A DNA stretch of 64,000 nucleotides from Eledone cirrhosa (Eukaryota), in the NCBI GenBank assembly GCA_964016885.1, contig OZ024743.1, positions 279,868,001 through 279,932,000 on the forward strand, read 5' to 3'. Position 1 is the stretch's first letter, and every line of letters begins with the position of its first letter. The notes beneath the pieces are model-generated. The model saw only the letters and a program-made list of their open reading frames with translations. It was not told where the DNA came from and did no database searches. The translations under genes and the position numbers were made by a program. This document shows, piece by piece, positions 47,604 through 64,000 of this stretch.

Positions 47604-48170
47604 TATCTCTCTCTCTCTCGCTCCCTCTCTCTCTCGCTCCCGCTCTCTCTCTCTCTCCCTCTCTCTCTTTTTCTTTATATATATATATAGAGAGAGAGAG
47701 GGGGGATAGCTAGATAGATAAATAGAGAGATAGATATGCGCATTTCTACATGTTTGTAGCATATACACGCATATAAACATAAATTGCTTCTAGCCTGTAT
47801 ATATTGGCTCAGTGTGAGTGACAAAAAGTGTACATAATATAATAAAACATAGTATGAGATCGATATGGAACAGTAATTTATTATAAATGCAACAAAAAAA
47901 TACCAAAGTAAGAAAATAAAAATAAACTTCCTGTGTATATTGTTGCGTAATTACGCATACTCTTGTGTGGAGCGTGTGAGTTTCCCCTCACCATATTCAT
48001 ATGTGTGTGCATGGATGACTGAGTGGCTATTCTTTCTGTTTCAGTAAACAAAATGGCAACAAAATTCAAATAGCTGGACACGTGTAATGTTGTACAACTT
48101 CCTGACTCGTACACTTCTTTTACACACCCGGATCTTTATATTGATCTTAATTAACCAAGTAGCAGCCTGG

Positions 48171-48298
<128 letters not shown>

Positions 48299-48377
48299 TG
48301 TCTGTGTGTGTGTCTGTATGTGTGTCTGTATCTGTGTGTTTCTGTGTGTGTATATATATTTACACACACACACATAT

Positions 48378-48409
<32 letters not shown>

Positions 48410-48443
48410 TTATATTTATATTTATAATATATATTTATATTTA

Positions 48444-48527
<84 letters not shown>

Positions 48528-48572
48528 GATATAGATATATATGTATATATATTTGTATGTATGTATATTTAC

Positions 48573-48640
<68 letters not shown>

Positions 48641-49562
48641 GGATTACTGTAAGATGGGCGACTAAACACGCATATTTCCCTTATTAAATATTTATTTTCG
48701 GTTTCTTCATCCTCTTTATCTCGTCTGATTTTCTATTTAAACTGTTATCACCCATTCTATCTTCCAATGAAGGACTAATGTCCGAAACGTTAAAAAGTTT
48801 TCCCTGCTATATCCAGCCATAAACTATATTCAGAAGAGATGTAAAAGGCATTTACAATATATCTAAACTCATAGAAGTCTCGCTGTGGTCATGTAACAGT
48901 TAACTAAGTAGCCGCGTGGGAGCCCCTCAAACAAGGGTTCGAGATTTTTTATCCATCGTCAGTTACTTTTACTTGCTCGGTAACGAAAAAATAATCTTTC
49001 GGTTGTTTACTTTTTGCGTATAAAACATCTGCTGGAGCTCCTCAATTTGTGCTTGACAAAATATAAGAATAAATAGATGAGCGATGTGTGTACAGAGGAA
49101 ATATTCACGCCGTGTAGAAAGAGAAGAAGGATCTGATGTTTCGTGTTAAACGCTTTAAAAGGTGGCGTAAGAAACGAATGATAGGAAACTGGGTAACAGA
49201 TGTGCTTTAAGTTGCTACATCCTGGAGAGCGAGCGTGTGTGAGAGAGAGAAAGAGGTAGGGCTGACAGGAAGAGAAGGAGTGAGAGTGCAGAAACAAACA
49301 GCAAGTAAGAGAATGAGTAACAGTAGGAGGAACATGACAGAAAGAGGAATAGTTGGAGACATAAAGAATCACGCTGATGACGATTACAGCGTCAATGACG
49401 ACGGGAACGAGAACGAGAACGAGAACGAGAACTGTGATGGTAGGGGGAGAAATGATTGCCATAGTTATGATGATGATAATGGTGGTGATGGGATTATATC
49501 GGTGACGTTATTAATGATGTCATTATTATAGTCGAAGACGACGATGATGAATATAATGGAGC

Positions 49563-49563
<1 letters not shown>

Positions 49564-49646
<83 letters not shown>

Positions 49647-49660
49647 GGAGGAGGAGGAGG
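49564..49660. repeat. (GAT)n-(GAG)n microsatellite
   Basis: Direct inspection. Confidence 0.95.
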
Positions 49661-50299
49661 ACATCGATGACGACGAAGAATATGAAAGAGGCAGACAGGG
49701 AGGCAGAAAGACAAGGAGCGGGGGTGGGGAGGAAAAAAACAATACCGTTGGCGCCATTAAACAGTTCCAACAACAACATAAATAAAACAAATAAATAAAC
49801 AAATAAAATTGAAATCAATGATTATCGTTTTTTAATATATTTTTAATGTTATTTTTGTTTTGATGCATGTTTCTCTTTTGTTAGTTGTTAATATTGGTTA
49901 TATTTATTTATTCCTTTAATTTGTAATTTAAGTTTTTTTCTGTGTGTTTTTCTATAAATAGAATTTCCGCTTCCTGTTGTAGCTTCCTATAACTTTACCA
50001 TACTGTAATCTATGGGATGGTGCAATGGAGTAATTTCCTGTTGTCGTCTCCAGGTAAGCATGAAGCATACATAAGACGTTTTCATTTCTTTATATTTTTA
50101 GGTGTCACATGAAAATAGTGTCGTGACGTTCATGCGTTTTCTAAGTTTCTTTGTTTTTCACCTGTTTTCAAAATGCATATTGTTTAAATTGTTGTTTACA
50201 AAGTGTAAATAGAGCGCCCTTAGCAAAGGCTATCCAAAATTTGCCCAAAAAAGCCACAAAGATTTTTAAAATGGAGACGAAATACCCTCCGTAATCGCA

Positions 50300-51830
50300 A
50301 AAGACTACAAAAATATTTAGCACGTACAAAACATGATTCACAATTCCAGCAAATCGCAAAAGACAATAACAACAATTTCACCGCCAACACCACTACAGAA
50401 ACAACCAACAAGGCCACTAGCAATAACAACAAAATCAACAACAATAACATCAGCAACAGCAAAATCAACAAAAATCGCATCAACAATAACAATATAAGCG
50501 ACAGCCACAGCAGCAATAGCAGAAACAATTACAACGACGATAAAATAGCTGTAGAAGCAATAATAGCAACGGCAATAACAACAGCAAAAACAATGACAAC
50601 AACATCAACATCATCAACAACGACAGCAACAACAACGACATCAACAACGACAGCAATCACAACAACAAAAAACACGCCAATAAGAAGAACGTCAGCAGCA
50701 GAAACAGTGATGGCAACAATAACAATTACGAAAGCCCGTTTGTAGCAACGGCTCCGAAAACTGGAAATGTTTCCTGTAGCCTTGAGAAGAGGAAAAGAAT
50801 GTTTGGCTAAGGAAGCCAAACTTGTAACAGTTGAGAAAACCAGGGCCAACACAAATGTTCTGACTGAGGTGTTGGTAGCGACGGAACAAAAAAAGAAAGC
50901 GTCGACATCAAATCCAAAAACCCACTGCTAGTCTCACAATTCCACATGGAGGCAGCTCTGAAGGGCTTGTCGCTAGACATACAAAACCTCGCAAGGGTGA
51001 AGCAGTTTGGGAGCATCTCAGTTCTCTTCAAAGGCGAAGCTCTTGCAAAGAAGAATGGTCTCATGTTAAACGGATCAATTCATAATGTTCATCTTTTACA
51101 TGGGAAAAACAGTGAAGATCCAAATTGCTGGGATCCGTCAGAATTAAACATCTAGTGAATTCTAACACGCATCAACCTGGAGAGAAGTGAAATTCCCCTG
51201 GGTGTAAAGAGAACGCGGAAAGAGAATTGGTTTGGAGTCAGTCTGGAAATACTCCTCCTGACCAAACTTCCCTTCTGTAGGTACTGACTCTTAAGCCACT
51301 ACTGCCGAAACTGGAAATATTGCGGAGCATTCCGCTCAAATCGAGACGTTGAGGTGCTGCTACGTCACATCGAGGTGGTTGGCACTTTCTTGGAAGAATA
51401 GGCAAAGTTGACAGAAACAAAGATGAACCAAGGAAAGTCGCTAAGCTTGCAGTTCGGGACTTAATGTGGAAAAAATATGTTGTTCAACAGCATCGTCGGA
51501 TGCTGGACGGACGGACTGAATTTACGTGGGGTTTGGTTTGGTCCAGACATCCAGGTGGAAAAGAACGTGGACGATGTAACAAACAGGGCCGTAAATATTG
51601 TGCTATCGGATGAAAGTGAGGCAATAGCGTGATTAATGGAAGATCGGGTTTATTTTAGGTTACTTTGCTAGGAATCTACCACAAAGATTTTTGGGGGTTT
51701 TTATTGTTTGCTTTTAACTAAGTTTTATAATTCAAAATTATTTTTCATGTAGCATTCGGCATGTCGGCAATGCACTGAAACCTGGGTATGCGCGTGTGTA
51801 TAGATGAGATATTACTAGTTGTGACCAGTA
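50300..51830 (+). pseudogene. Possible decayed L1/Tx1-like LINE remnant
   Basis: (AAC)n-rich leader followed by MEAALKGLSLDIQNLARVKQFGSISVLFKGEALAKK, reminiscent of an ORF1 RRM; weak. Confidence 0.3.
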
Positions 51831-52273
51831 AAACCAATTTTTAACTTAGTACTCTGTATGTGTGTGCGTGTATGTGTGTGTATATATGTGTGTGTATATG
51901 TGTGTGTGTGCATGCATGTGTGTGTACGTGGGTGTCTGTTGTTGCTAATTTTAAAACGTTTTTAACGTTTGTTCGTTGTTATATATCATTCATATAAATG
52001 TTTATTATTGTTCACTACTGCAAGGAAGGGAACTTCAGGTAGGACTTTAGGTGTAACCGTGGGACTTCACGTTTAAATAAATGCCAGTTAATACATCCCG
52101 CAGACGAAAACTTAAGTACACCGAAGGATATTTCAGGTTTAATACATATATAGTTACTCTCTAGCAAATAAACCTAATATAACTTCCCACGTTTGTCAGC
52201 AAGAACACACAAGTAAAAGCAAAGTAAGGAATATATCTTGTTTGGTCTTATCCTATCTCGTTAGTCTCCATAA

Positions 52274-52385
52274 ATCCCGCCGAGGTTAACTTTGCCTTTC
52301 ATCCTTATGGGGTCGATAAAATAAAGTACCAGTAATGCACTGAGTAATTGCTGGCCTTGTCCCAAAAGTAGAAACAATTAATAAT
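52274..52385 (+). mobile_element. 5'-truncated tRNA-derived SINE
   Basis: AATCCCGCCGAGGTTAACTTTGCCTTTCATCC...AGTAGAAACAATT. Confidence 0.8.
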
Positions 52386-53124
52386 ATATCTTTCTACTGA
52401 CATATAATAATTTTCATAATGAGTGTGATACCACTGAAGAAGTTATCTGCATATTAGGATTTAAGATATAATTACACTGCGGTGACTGACTTACTGCTGA
52501 TCTACAGATGGAATTGAAACCAGCAATGCATTGAACGATCAATGTTACAGTGAGGTCCTGCTAGTCTAGGTAAGACAATTCTAGCCAAGGGTATCTACTC
52601 ACAAATTGGATGGGGGGTGAGTGGGGGAGTGAATTCCATGACCATGGTAGTTTATAGTAACGTAGAAAGCGTTATTAAAATTGACACATGGATAAGGTAA
52701 TAGACAAATTGGAAGCCCTATAGCTGATTGCTCTCGAGTAACCTTCCGGCCATTATTTTCTCGTATAAAAGATTGTGTAAAAAGGAGACAGCGACCAAGT
52801 ATCATCATTTGGGGTTTTGTTTCTTATTTACCTCTCATATTCAACTACGATCGGTTCCGTTCATTGTTTATTTTCGTAATTGGTTACAAGTTCGTATTTC
52901 GTGGTTTCAAATATATTGCAGCTGTTTCGGAAATCTATCTCTTCAGCAAATTTCATTTGCCTAACTTTCAAAAATAAAACACGTTTTGTATAATATATTG
53001 CGAATAGACTAGATACTTATTAACATAGATATTTCCACTTCATACGGTAGAGAAACTCGTAAGTTCATTCACTTCAGAAAAGTATTTTCCCGGCATAACA
53101 TTCATGAAGTTTGATACAATAGAC

Positions 53125-53393
53125 AAGTGTTTCCAAAAGTGGATTTTGAGGAACACCAGCATTCCATAAACATTTCTGAAATCCCATAAGATAAGATTCT
53201 GTAAATAAAACTTAATAAAATTATTCTCATTTCTTTTATACGAATAAATTATTCCTCGGAAACCATTTTTGTTTCGTTTATCATCTTGTTAAAGTTAGGA
53301 TGGTTACGATATATCATAAAATATAACGTTGAGTTCCGAGAATTTTGAAAATTGTGTAAAGGTTCGGTGACAAAATAATTTTGGGAAACACTG
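53125..53393. mobile_element. hAT-Charlie-type MITE
   Basis: TIRs AAGTGTTTCCAAAA / TTTGGGAAACACTG. Confidence 0.55.
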
Positions 53394-54234
53394 CTAGAGA
53401 CCTACATCTTCTAACACGGACTTTTGCATAGACGAAATAGTTCTGTATTATATACACATATATAATTCTGCACCACGAAATGAAAAAAAAAAATTAAATT
53501 ATTGTTGTGTCGTAATAGAAGTAGAAAACCGAAAACCAAATTAACCTCCTTAGTAACTGTGCCATTATACACCATAAAAATATGATGCGAACGTCTTTCC
53601 ACTAGTTTACATATCAATAAAGCGTTTCTAAAATGTCCGTCCTGTCTCACCAGTCTGCAATGAGATTTGTGATGGCGGAATGAAAAGAAACGACGTAAAA
53701 AAAAAAATAAAACAAAAATAACATAAAATAAATTTAGCAAAGAAAGAAAGAAAAATACAAGGAAAGACAAGCTTCCCACAAAAATAAAATTACGTATGAA
53801 ATTTAACAAAAATTATAAGTGACATACAAGAATATACAATATAATATAACATAATATATAATATAATATTATATGAAATGTAGATTTTTATCAGAAATAG
53901 CGTTATAAGCAAACGGAGCATGAATCTCGTTAAATGATAACAAGATCGATAAATTAATCACATTTTGAAAACTGTGGATACACATGTGTATAATAACACA
54001 TCACTGTGTATGCCACAGCATGTGTATTTCAGCATATTTTCGGTGGTTTTATAAGAAATATGTATATGTATATAAACATTTCGTCAAATAACTATGTGAA
54101 TATATGTGTAGTTATTAGATATGTGTGTGTGTACACACGCATATATAAATATATAATATATAAATATATAAACAGTGAGTGTGTTCTGTTATTAATTCTG
54201 GCAATATTACGCAAATATGACCCTCCCCAAATAT

Positions 54235-54307
<73 letters not shown>

Positions 54308-54308
54308 C

Positions 54309-54400
<92 letters not shown>

Positions 54401-54678
54401 GTGTGTGTGTGTGTGCGTGCGCGCGCGGGCGTGTATGTGTGTGTGTGTGTGTGTGGGGGTCTGTTTTATGTGTGCTTATGTGAATGCGGAGAACGAGAAA
54501 GGGACAGAGAGATAGAAGGAGCTGAATAGATAATAATGAAGAGATTGAGAGAGTGGCACATACACAGAAAAATATTGAATCTGGGAGAGACAGTAAATGA
54601 TGGGCAGATATATCCAAATCTATATGCTAATGCATATATATTTAATCGTTAATAATTATATACTATACATATGTATAC

Positions 54679-54773
<95 letters not shown>

Positions 54774-54978
54774 TGTATGAATATCTGGGAACGTACACAT
54801 CTCTCACACACGTATATAACAACACATATATTCGTAATACCTTATATGTGTAATGGTATAGAAATCTGTATATATTAACGCCTACATATTCCAATATCAT
54901 TGTGCGTATATGTAAGAATAAAACATTTGTTATAAGAAAAATATGTATACATTATTCAATATAGGCATATATATAAAT

Positions 54979-55011
<33 letters not shown>

Positions 55012-55037
55012 AATATATATATAAATATATATATTTT

Positions 55038-55084
<47 letters not shown>

Positions 55085-55100
55085 ATATATATATATAAAG

Positions 55101-55220
<120 letters not shown>

Positions 55221-56145
55221 GAAGAAACTTTAGATTATAAATTTATACATTATCCGTGAGGCTGAAAACGAAGCAATTAAATGGACGAAAAATGATAATA
55301 CATATATTACGAATCTTTTTATGAATGTGTGTATATGGGTTTATCTGTCTGTCTCCATTCGTAAATATGGAAATTTGACAGTATGTGAGAGTGAGTGAAT
55401 GTGTGTATATATAAGTGTGTGTGTATGCATGCGTACGTACATGAATAAGTCAATATGAGTCGAAGTATCAATGCCTGTGTCCGCGGGCATGTATCTATTT
55501 GCGTATCTACGTGTTTGTGTGCCTAAATAAATGACTATAAGTGTAGGTCTGAGTATGTAGAAATGTTTATGTGTGTGCATGTGTATGTGTTTGTATGCAT
55601 GCTTGCCTTAAGCGAATGTCAATATGTGTGTGATTGTGTATAAGACTGAGAGAGAAGGGGTGGAATGTATGTGTGTGTGTTTATATGTGTGTGCGTGTAT
55701 GTGTACGTACGCATGCTTGCGTGAATAAGTGAATATTAATATATTCCCGTGTGTGCGTGCATGTGCGTGCATGTGTGTGTCTACGCCTGTATATGTGTGT
55801 GTGAGTTTATGTGCGCAAATGAATTCTTATATCTGAGAATGTATTCATTTCGAGAGATTATTTTTTTCTATGCGCCGGCGTGACGTTATATTCGTCATAT
55901 TCACATTGAAAAGAATGGAAATTTATTTAAAATTATGGTTAAAATTTATTCTAAGATGCAACAGGAATTATAAAATAGTCGGGAAAAACCTGCAATAAAT
56001 TGCAATTGGAACTATAGACTCTAATATTTCAAGATTCATTTTTTTCCAGCGTCTTAATATCAATTACCGCTACACTGCATGCCAAAAATAGATGAACATT
56101 AATAATCTTCTATACATACATACATACATACATACATACATACAT

Positions 56146-56218
<73 letters not shown>

Positions 56219-56449
56219 CAGACAGGCAGGCAGACGGGCATGCTGGCAAACAGACAAACAGAAAGAAAGACAGACAGAAAGACAAACAGACATACAGACA
56301 GTCAGACAGATAGAGAGACAGACATATTTACATACATACATGATGGCAGCTCCCTTACGCTCCAGTATATTCACCACTTGAAATTTTCAAACACTATTTT
56401 GCATCTTAGCACGGATGTGTCTTTTTAAGCCAGCAAGGGTCCAATATTT

Positions 56450-58130
56450 TCTGGTACAGAAATGGCCTTTGGCGACAAGAATCGATGACTAGTTGCAATG
56501 TACTTTCAAGTGCTACCTCAGGCCTCAGGCGGATTCAGAAAATATGCCACATTTATGTCAGATTTTTATACCCAGCGCACCAACGTATTAGCCTCATTAC
56601 GTAGCTTCTCTTCTGACTATTTAATCCAGCTTTGCTGAGGTAGTCTCTCCCACACTCTTTCCATATCAGCTCAACTTGTCCTTCTTCACATCATTTTTAA
56701 TCTTTCATAATTTCTTTGGGACATTTCAGAGTGTACTTTCTCTACCTATACAGCTTTCCTCCACAGTGTTTGATCATTAGCAGCTGGTTCTCAGTCCCCA
56801 ACAGAAATACTATCTTTCATCAGAAATGATTTGACACAGTCTTTGAAACTCATTATAGGTTTATGAGCTTGGCGTTTTCCATCTCTCGTCATAAAGGAGT
56901 TGTTTGGGTAACGTTCAGTCCTTCATTCTAACGATATGTTCCACCCATCGGCGATGGTATTGCAAGATAATCGACTCGTTACTATGACAGTGATTTCTTT
57001 CAAGGACTTCCACGTCATACACATGCATATTTCATCGTAGACCCAAGATTCGACGAAGGCACTGCTGATGAAACCGCCCCAGCTCTTTTAGATGCTTACA
57101 GTGAATAACCTACATCTCACACGTGTTCACTAGGGATGACAATACACAAGTCGCGTAGACCATACTCCCTTTTCCATATTCCCGACATCATCACTACTAG
57201 CTTTCCTGATTCCGGATGATATATCATTGTCAAGGGTGTACAGTACACTTAAAGTACTGCCAAGATACACAAACTTGTCCACCACCTGGAGCTTCGAACC
57301 ATGCATTCTTATATCTAGTTCTACATATGGTGTTCCTAGTGCTGGCTGGTACAGAGCCACAGTCTTCCTCAAGATGATTGTTAAACCAAACTCGGAACAC
57401 GCACTGCATATCTTCATGCGCGTGGGTAAACCGATCGCAGTCATCTGTGTACAGACATTCCCTCAACAGTGAGTACATGACCTTCGTATTGGTACCAAAG
57501 CATCTCATGTTGAAAATCTATCAAGATGTACGAAACCCTGTCAACGGTTTTTAAAGGCCATTACAAATGCCACTTCAAAGAACAATGAAAACAGTTTCGG
57601 TGCTGTTATGTACCTTGTTGGACCCCATTCCTTAGAACCATACGTTCCAACATCCATCCATCAATATTTACCCAGGTGTTCATGTTATCATGAAATTGAC
57701 GAGGGATTGCCAAGAATTTGTCCGGAATCAATCTGTCCAAGTATTTTCCAAAGAGATACTCTATTAATTATGTCAAATGCATTTGTAAAGTCAATAAACA
57801 CTTGAAGCACAGCTACACTTTGTTCCAAATACTTTTCATGAAGCTGCCTAGCAGGAAATATCATGTCCACTGTGCCACTGACCTGGAATTTTGAAAGAAC
57901 AGTGTTAGCAATGAGTAGCATAAGTCTGTTAAGCATAACCCTGAACAGAAACTTTCCAGCCACAGACAGCAGCACTACTCCTCTATAGTTACTAGTCATT
58001 GTTGTCGATTCATCATCCAATAGGATTCGGATGTTCCAGCGACGTATATTTATAATTGTAGTTGTATATTTTGTGACAGCCTTGGGCTGTGGTGTCACAG
58101 GAAACCTTCCGGGCCGGGCCTTTTCACTAC
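56450..58130 (-). mobile_element. Decayed, internally deleted RTE (BovB-like) LINE
   Basis: Minus strand WNIRILLD, SNYRGVVLLSVAGK, TVDMIF.ARQLHEK, FIDFTNAFD, LYTDDC, FGLTI, KFVYLGSTLS. Confidence 0.85.
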
Positions 58131-58257
58131 TTTTCTGATAAAGGATTAATGTACGAAACGTAACGACATGCTTCCTACAATATCAAGTGTTAAACTAATA
58201 CATTTCATCATTGTACCGTGCTGATAGCTTTGTTGTTTCTTATATATAATATATATA

Positions 58258-58754
<497 letters not shown>

Positions 58755-58767
58755 TATACGTATATAT

Positions 58768-58930
58768 AAAGAAGGAAGAGTGGTAAGGAACCAGATGGAC
58801 CATAACGCACCAGAGTACTCAATACTTAGGGTAGTAGAGTGGGTAATAGGAAAATGTTTGACCTCGACGGCAGAAATAGCCGTCCAAACGGCTTGAGTTC
58901 TGCCGTCGGGGTGAAACATTTTCCTATTAC
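58768..58930. mobile_element. Family F fold-back copy
   Basis: Reverse-complement homolog of 14701-14826 plus an inverted arm; TA on both sides. Confidence 0.75.
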
Positions 58931-59037
<107 letters not shown>

Positions 59038-59288
59038 TACATATATATATATATATTGAATTTCCATATAAATGACGAAATCAATACGGAAAGAAGAGCT
59101 TCGTTATTTCACTGCTTCCCTTCAAATCACCAGCACATCACTGCTGTTTTTCCTGTTATCTGACTTTCTTTTTGTCTTGTTTTGCTTTTACCACCTATTC
59201 CTATTTATATTTGCTTCCGGGTTTCTTAACATATCTTTGAAGTATAAATATATACATACATAGATGACATACATACATACGCACACAC

Positions 59289-60592
<1,304 letters not shown>

Positions 60593-60747
60593 GTATATAT
60601 GTATATATGTATATATATATATATTATTCTTTATATAATTTGCCTCTATTTTCTACTCATAACTATTTATATTACTGTAACAATTTGTGTTCATATTAAA
60701 GGAAAATTGACGTTAAACAGTGATTATGTTTATTATATATATATGTT

Positions 60748-60916
<169 letters not shown>

Positions 60917-61711
60917 CTGAGCTTGTGTGTTTATATGTGTGATTAATGTTGCTCCCATATTTGAACACTCTCTGCTATTGCAGTTGCACCTGCTGATGAT
61001 GATGTCGAGGATGATGATGATAATTCTTTGTTTTGTTTCTGATGCGGTTGTATTCCTGTTATTGTTATTAAAATGATCATGAAGCCTCACAAATTACATT
61101 AATTTGTTTCATTGAACAAACATTTGTTCCGATTTTAAGCATGAATCCAGTCTGTGCTGTTCTATGGAAATGAGTCGTACACCATCACAAAGGCGCTAGA
61201 GAAACAACTTAAGGTCTTTCAATCTTAGATCGTGAAAATCATGATTAACATTAGCAGAACAAACTATCAACAATCGTTATGTATGCGAGCAAACAAATAC
61301 CTGCACATTACGAATCACAGTGGTTTATTGGTAGTTATCTTTCATTGGATATTCTATTAGTAGCCATATAGATGTGATTCAGCAATACTGTCTGTACGTC
61401 CCTCAACAAGGTTAAAGACGCAGACACAGGCACTAAACAAACTCTGTGAAACATATTGATAGCTGCCTTAGTTATAACATTTGACTCAACGAGAGTGAAT
61501 AAGCGAAGTTACCATGAGATCTATTGCTGAGGTCACCCTACTTTTCTCAACACTAGGATGAGACACAACCGACTTAGTGGTGAAGACAGACTGAATGGAA
61601 CACGCATGCTCCTCCATGGCTTTTCAATCCACATCATTTTTAGACTTGGCCAACAGCAAATATTTATGTGCGTGTGTGTTGATTTGTGTGTGTGTATGTG
61701 TGTAGGTGTGG

Positions 61712-61790
<79 letters not shown>

Positions 61791-62611
61791 TGTGTGTGTG
61801 TGTATGCATGAGACTTAAATGCAAAACATGCTAAGATTTGTATTATGATTTCTTTTCATGTAAACTTACAACTTGTTTCCTCAGTATACCTAACAACATT
61901 ATATGATTATCTCTAATTATTTTGTACAAAATGTCTAACAACAGATGTGTTAATTCAGATATTTATGTTATCTATACTAGTGAACAGATTGTTGCGAAAA
62001 TTTGCAGTATTAGAGAAAATACTTTAATTTTAATGATGCCATCATTATTAATATTTTGTACTTTTCAAGAATATTTAGGCAATGTGGTTTCATGTGGTAA
62101 AAGTTCTTGAGATTTAATATACTATTAAGCGAATAAAGAAGTTTAACAGAAACGAGACATTAGTTACGTATTTAGTCAGCTTCAGAACACTACTGAATTA
62201 ACATTAATTGAGCCCACTGATCAGTTCAATTTTATGACTTTAGAAGAATATTTGGATGTTGATTAAAGAGTAGTTATTTTGTGGTGATTGATTGTCATAA
62301 GAAGTTTGTTTTGGTTGTATGCCTTCTCCAAAGTAACCATGAATCCAGTTGGTTTTGCATACACTGACTATCTCACTAAATCACAAGATTTAAACTGATT
62401 TTAACTCATCTAGTATGAGGATCGCTGCATGCGAAGCCGACATCACAATTTTATCGTAGTATGGTAAAACTTTTGCACACACTTCATGTATATGCCGTAG
62501 AAATTGTGAAGTGCATAACATTAAATTGATTAACTGTCTTTCTAATCGTTTATTTAGACAAATATGCACAGCTTAAATACTGCGCTCACATCTACACACC
62601 TACACAAACAC

Positions 62612-62697
<86 letters not shown>

Positions 62698-63149
62698 GAG
62701 AGAGAGAGGGAAAGTATATGCTCCATTCAACAAATTCCTCTTTTCAATATGTTTTTGGACATCACTGATACATTAAAATGAACTAAAATTAAGATTATAT
62801 GTCGAAGAAGATTGCGGATGATGGATTCGTTGTGAACACCATTCACACACCAAGTACTTATAAATGGGCTTTATTTTGTTCATTGCAAAACAAATACAAC
62901 CAGTGCACAATTGAAATGAATAGTTAATCCGTTTTTAAATAATATGTAGAGTAGAATCAGGTAACTTCCAGTTATTCAAGATGGTGGAAACGAAAATTGA
63001 AAAGGATGTGTTGTACTGGTGTGAAAATCATATACATCTTGTAATGAAGTGAATATGAAAAGTGAACACGACGGTATTGCTGATATGAGTTATTGAAGCA
63101 GCACTAGGTTGAGAATTGGAAATTTTTACTTGTCGATTTGTATTATGCC

Positions 63150-63480
63150 TCATTTTCAAAAATATGAGATCAATCACTTTTGAGTAGTAATCGTTCTTGC
63201 TTTTTTTTTTCTTGCAATATTTTTTGTATTCCTGCATAGACGAATGCACATTTTTAATCACGTTTCAACTACAATCAATGTTTGTAACGCCTTTGTGTAA
63301 AATTGCCAACGCACTCACAATTAAAGTGAATGCCTTTGTCAATTTCTTTAACTTCGATCGACTTTTCGACTAATTCTTCTTTTTAGTGCTTCCTCATCTT
63401 CTCACTCAAATGTAAAGCACATTCTGAAGACTTTGAACATCTTCGTCGAGGAATCCTAATAACTATTCAACGTATTCGAA
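63150..63480 (-). pseudogene. Tigger/pogo transposase C-terminal remnant
   Basis: ELTKAFTLIVSALAILHKGVTNIDCS*NVIKNVHSSMQEYKKYCKKKK resembles the Tigger C-terminus (LAxAF..IxxAL...DPNxER..KV...YxxIYxEKK). Confidence 0.5.
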
Positions 63481-63584
63481 CTCCGATTATTCAAGTATCT
63501 TTTATTTATTTATTTTTCTATAGCAAAGAAAAATGTTAATTTTGTATTTGTAAAGTTGTTAATGCGTATTTATTCTAGTTCTCT

Positions 63585-63720
63585 GTGTTATGAGTTCAAA
63601 TTTCAATGTGACTAATTTTGCTATTCAGCGTTACGGAGTTGGTAAAATGGAGTACCAGTCCAAAGCCACAGTCTAATCGCCCAATAAGATATTTTGTAGT
63701 GTTTATCCCAGTTCTCAGTG
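63585..63720 (+). mobile_element. Diverged tRNA-derived SINE fragment
   Basis: GAGTTCAAATTTC...GGTAAAATGGAGTACCAGT. Confidence 0.45.
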
Positions 63721-64000
63721 TTCAGAGTCATTGCGTAAGAGATTTAATCCGTCACCGGTCTAGTTTTTAGGTGTTTTAGTGGAGCCCAATCTGCATTCGA
63801 ATTCGCTAAGCAGTTTAAAGATAACGTCTTTCCTTCCTTCCGCCAATTTCGGAGACCCTGAAAAATGTATGCTTATGGTCACTAACGTTCCATTTATTTA
63901 TAAACTAAAACAAAAAATAAGATCACTAATGAGTTTTAAAATAATAATCAGTATACTATCCAAGCTATTTTGTTTTACAAATATCTATACATAATTGACT

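Noticed and set aside
49465-49818. Poly-His/Met/Ser/Ile ORFs
   Set aside because: Readings of a (GAT)n microsatellite.

Overview
AT-rich, microsatellite-dense eukaryotic (metazoan) intergenic/intronic DNA. The SINE repertoire and TA/CA/GA microsatellite density suggest an octopod cephalopod (inference). No intact host protein-coding gene is supported; almost all ORFs in the track are microsatellite translations. Recognisable content: one near-full-length but disrupted RTE-clade LINE (35361-38504), four truncated RTE fragments, about 12 tRNA-derived SINE copies, a non-autonomous Helitron, DNA transposon remnants and decayed Penelope-like element (PLE) pieces. The main signal is several unrelated non-coding families inserted into (TA)n arrays. 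They carry type I hammerhead ribozyme (HHR) folds. Two of them show ~500-530 nt monomers present as 1.3-1.4 direct repeats, and most copies carry an inverted segment whose 3' end points outward into a TA tract. This resembles a multi-family system of retrozyme-like elements with circular or multimeric RNA templates, probably mobilised by Penelope-type RT through twin priming at (TA)n. All alignments and folds were done by eye.
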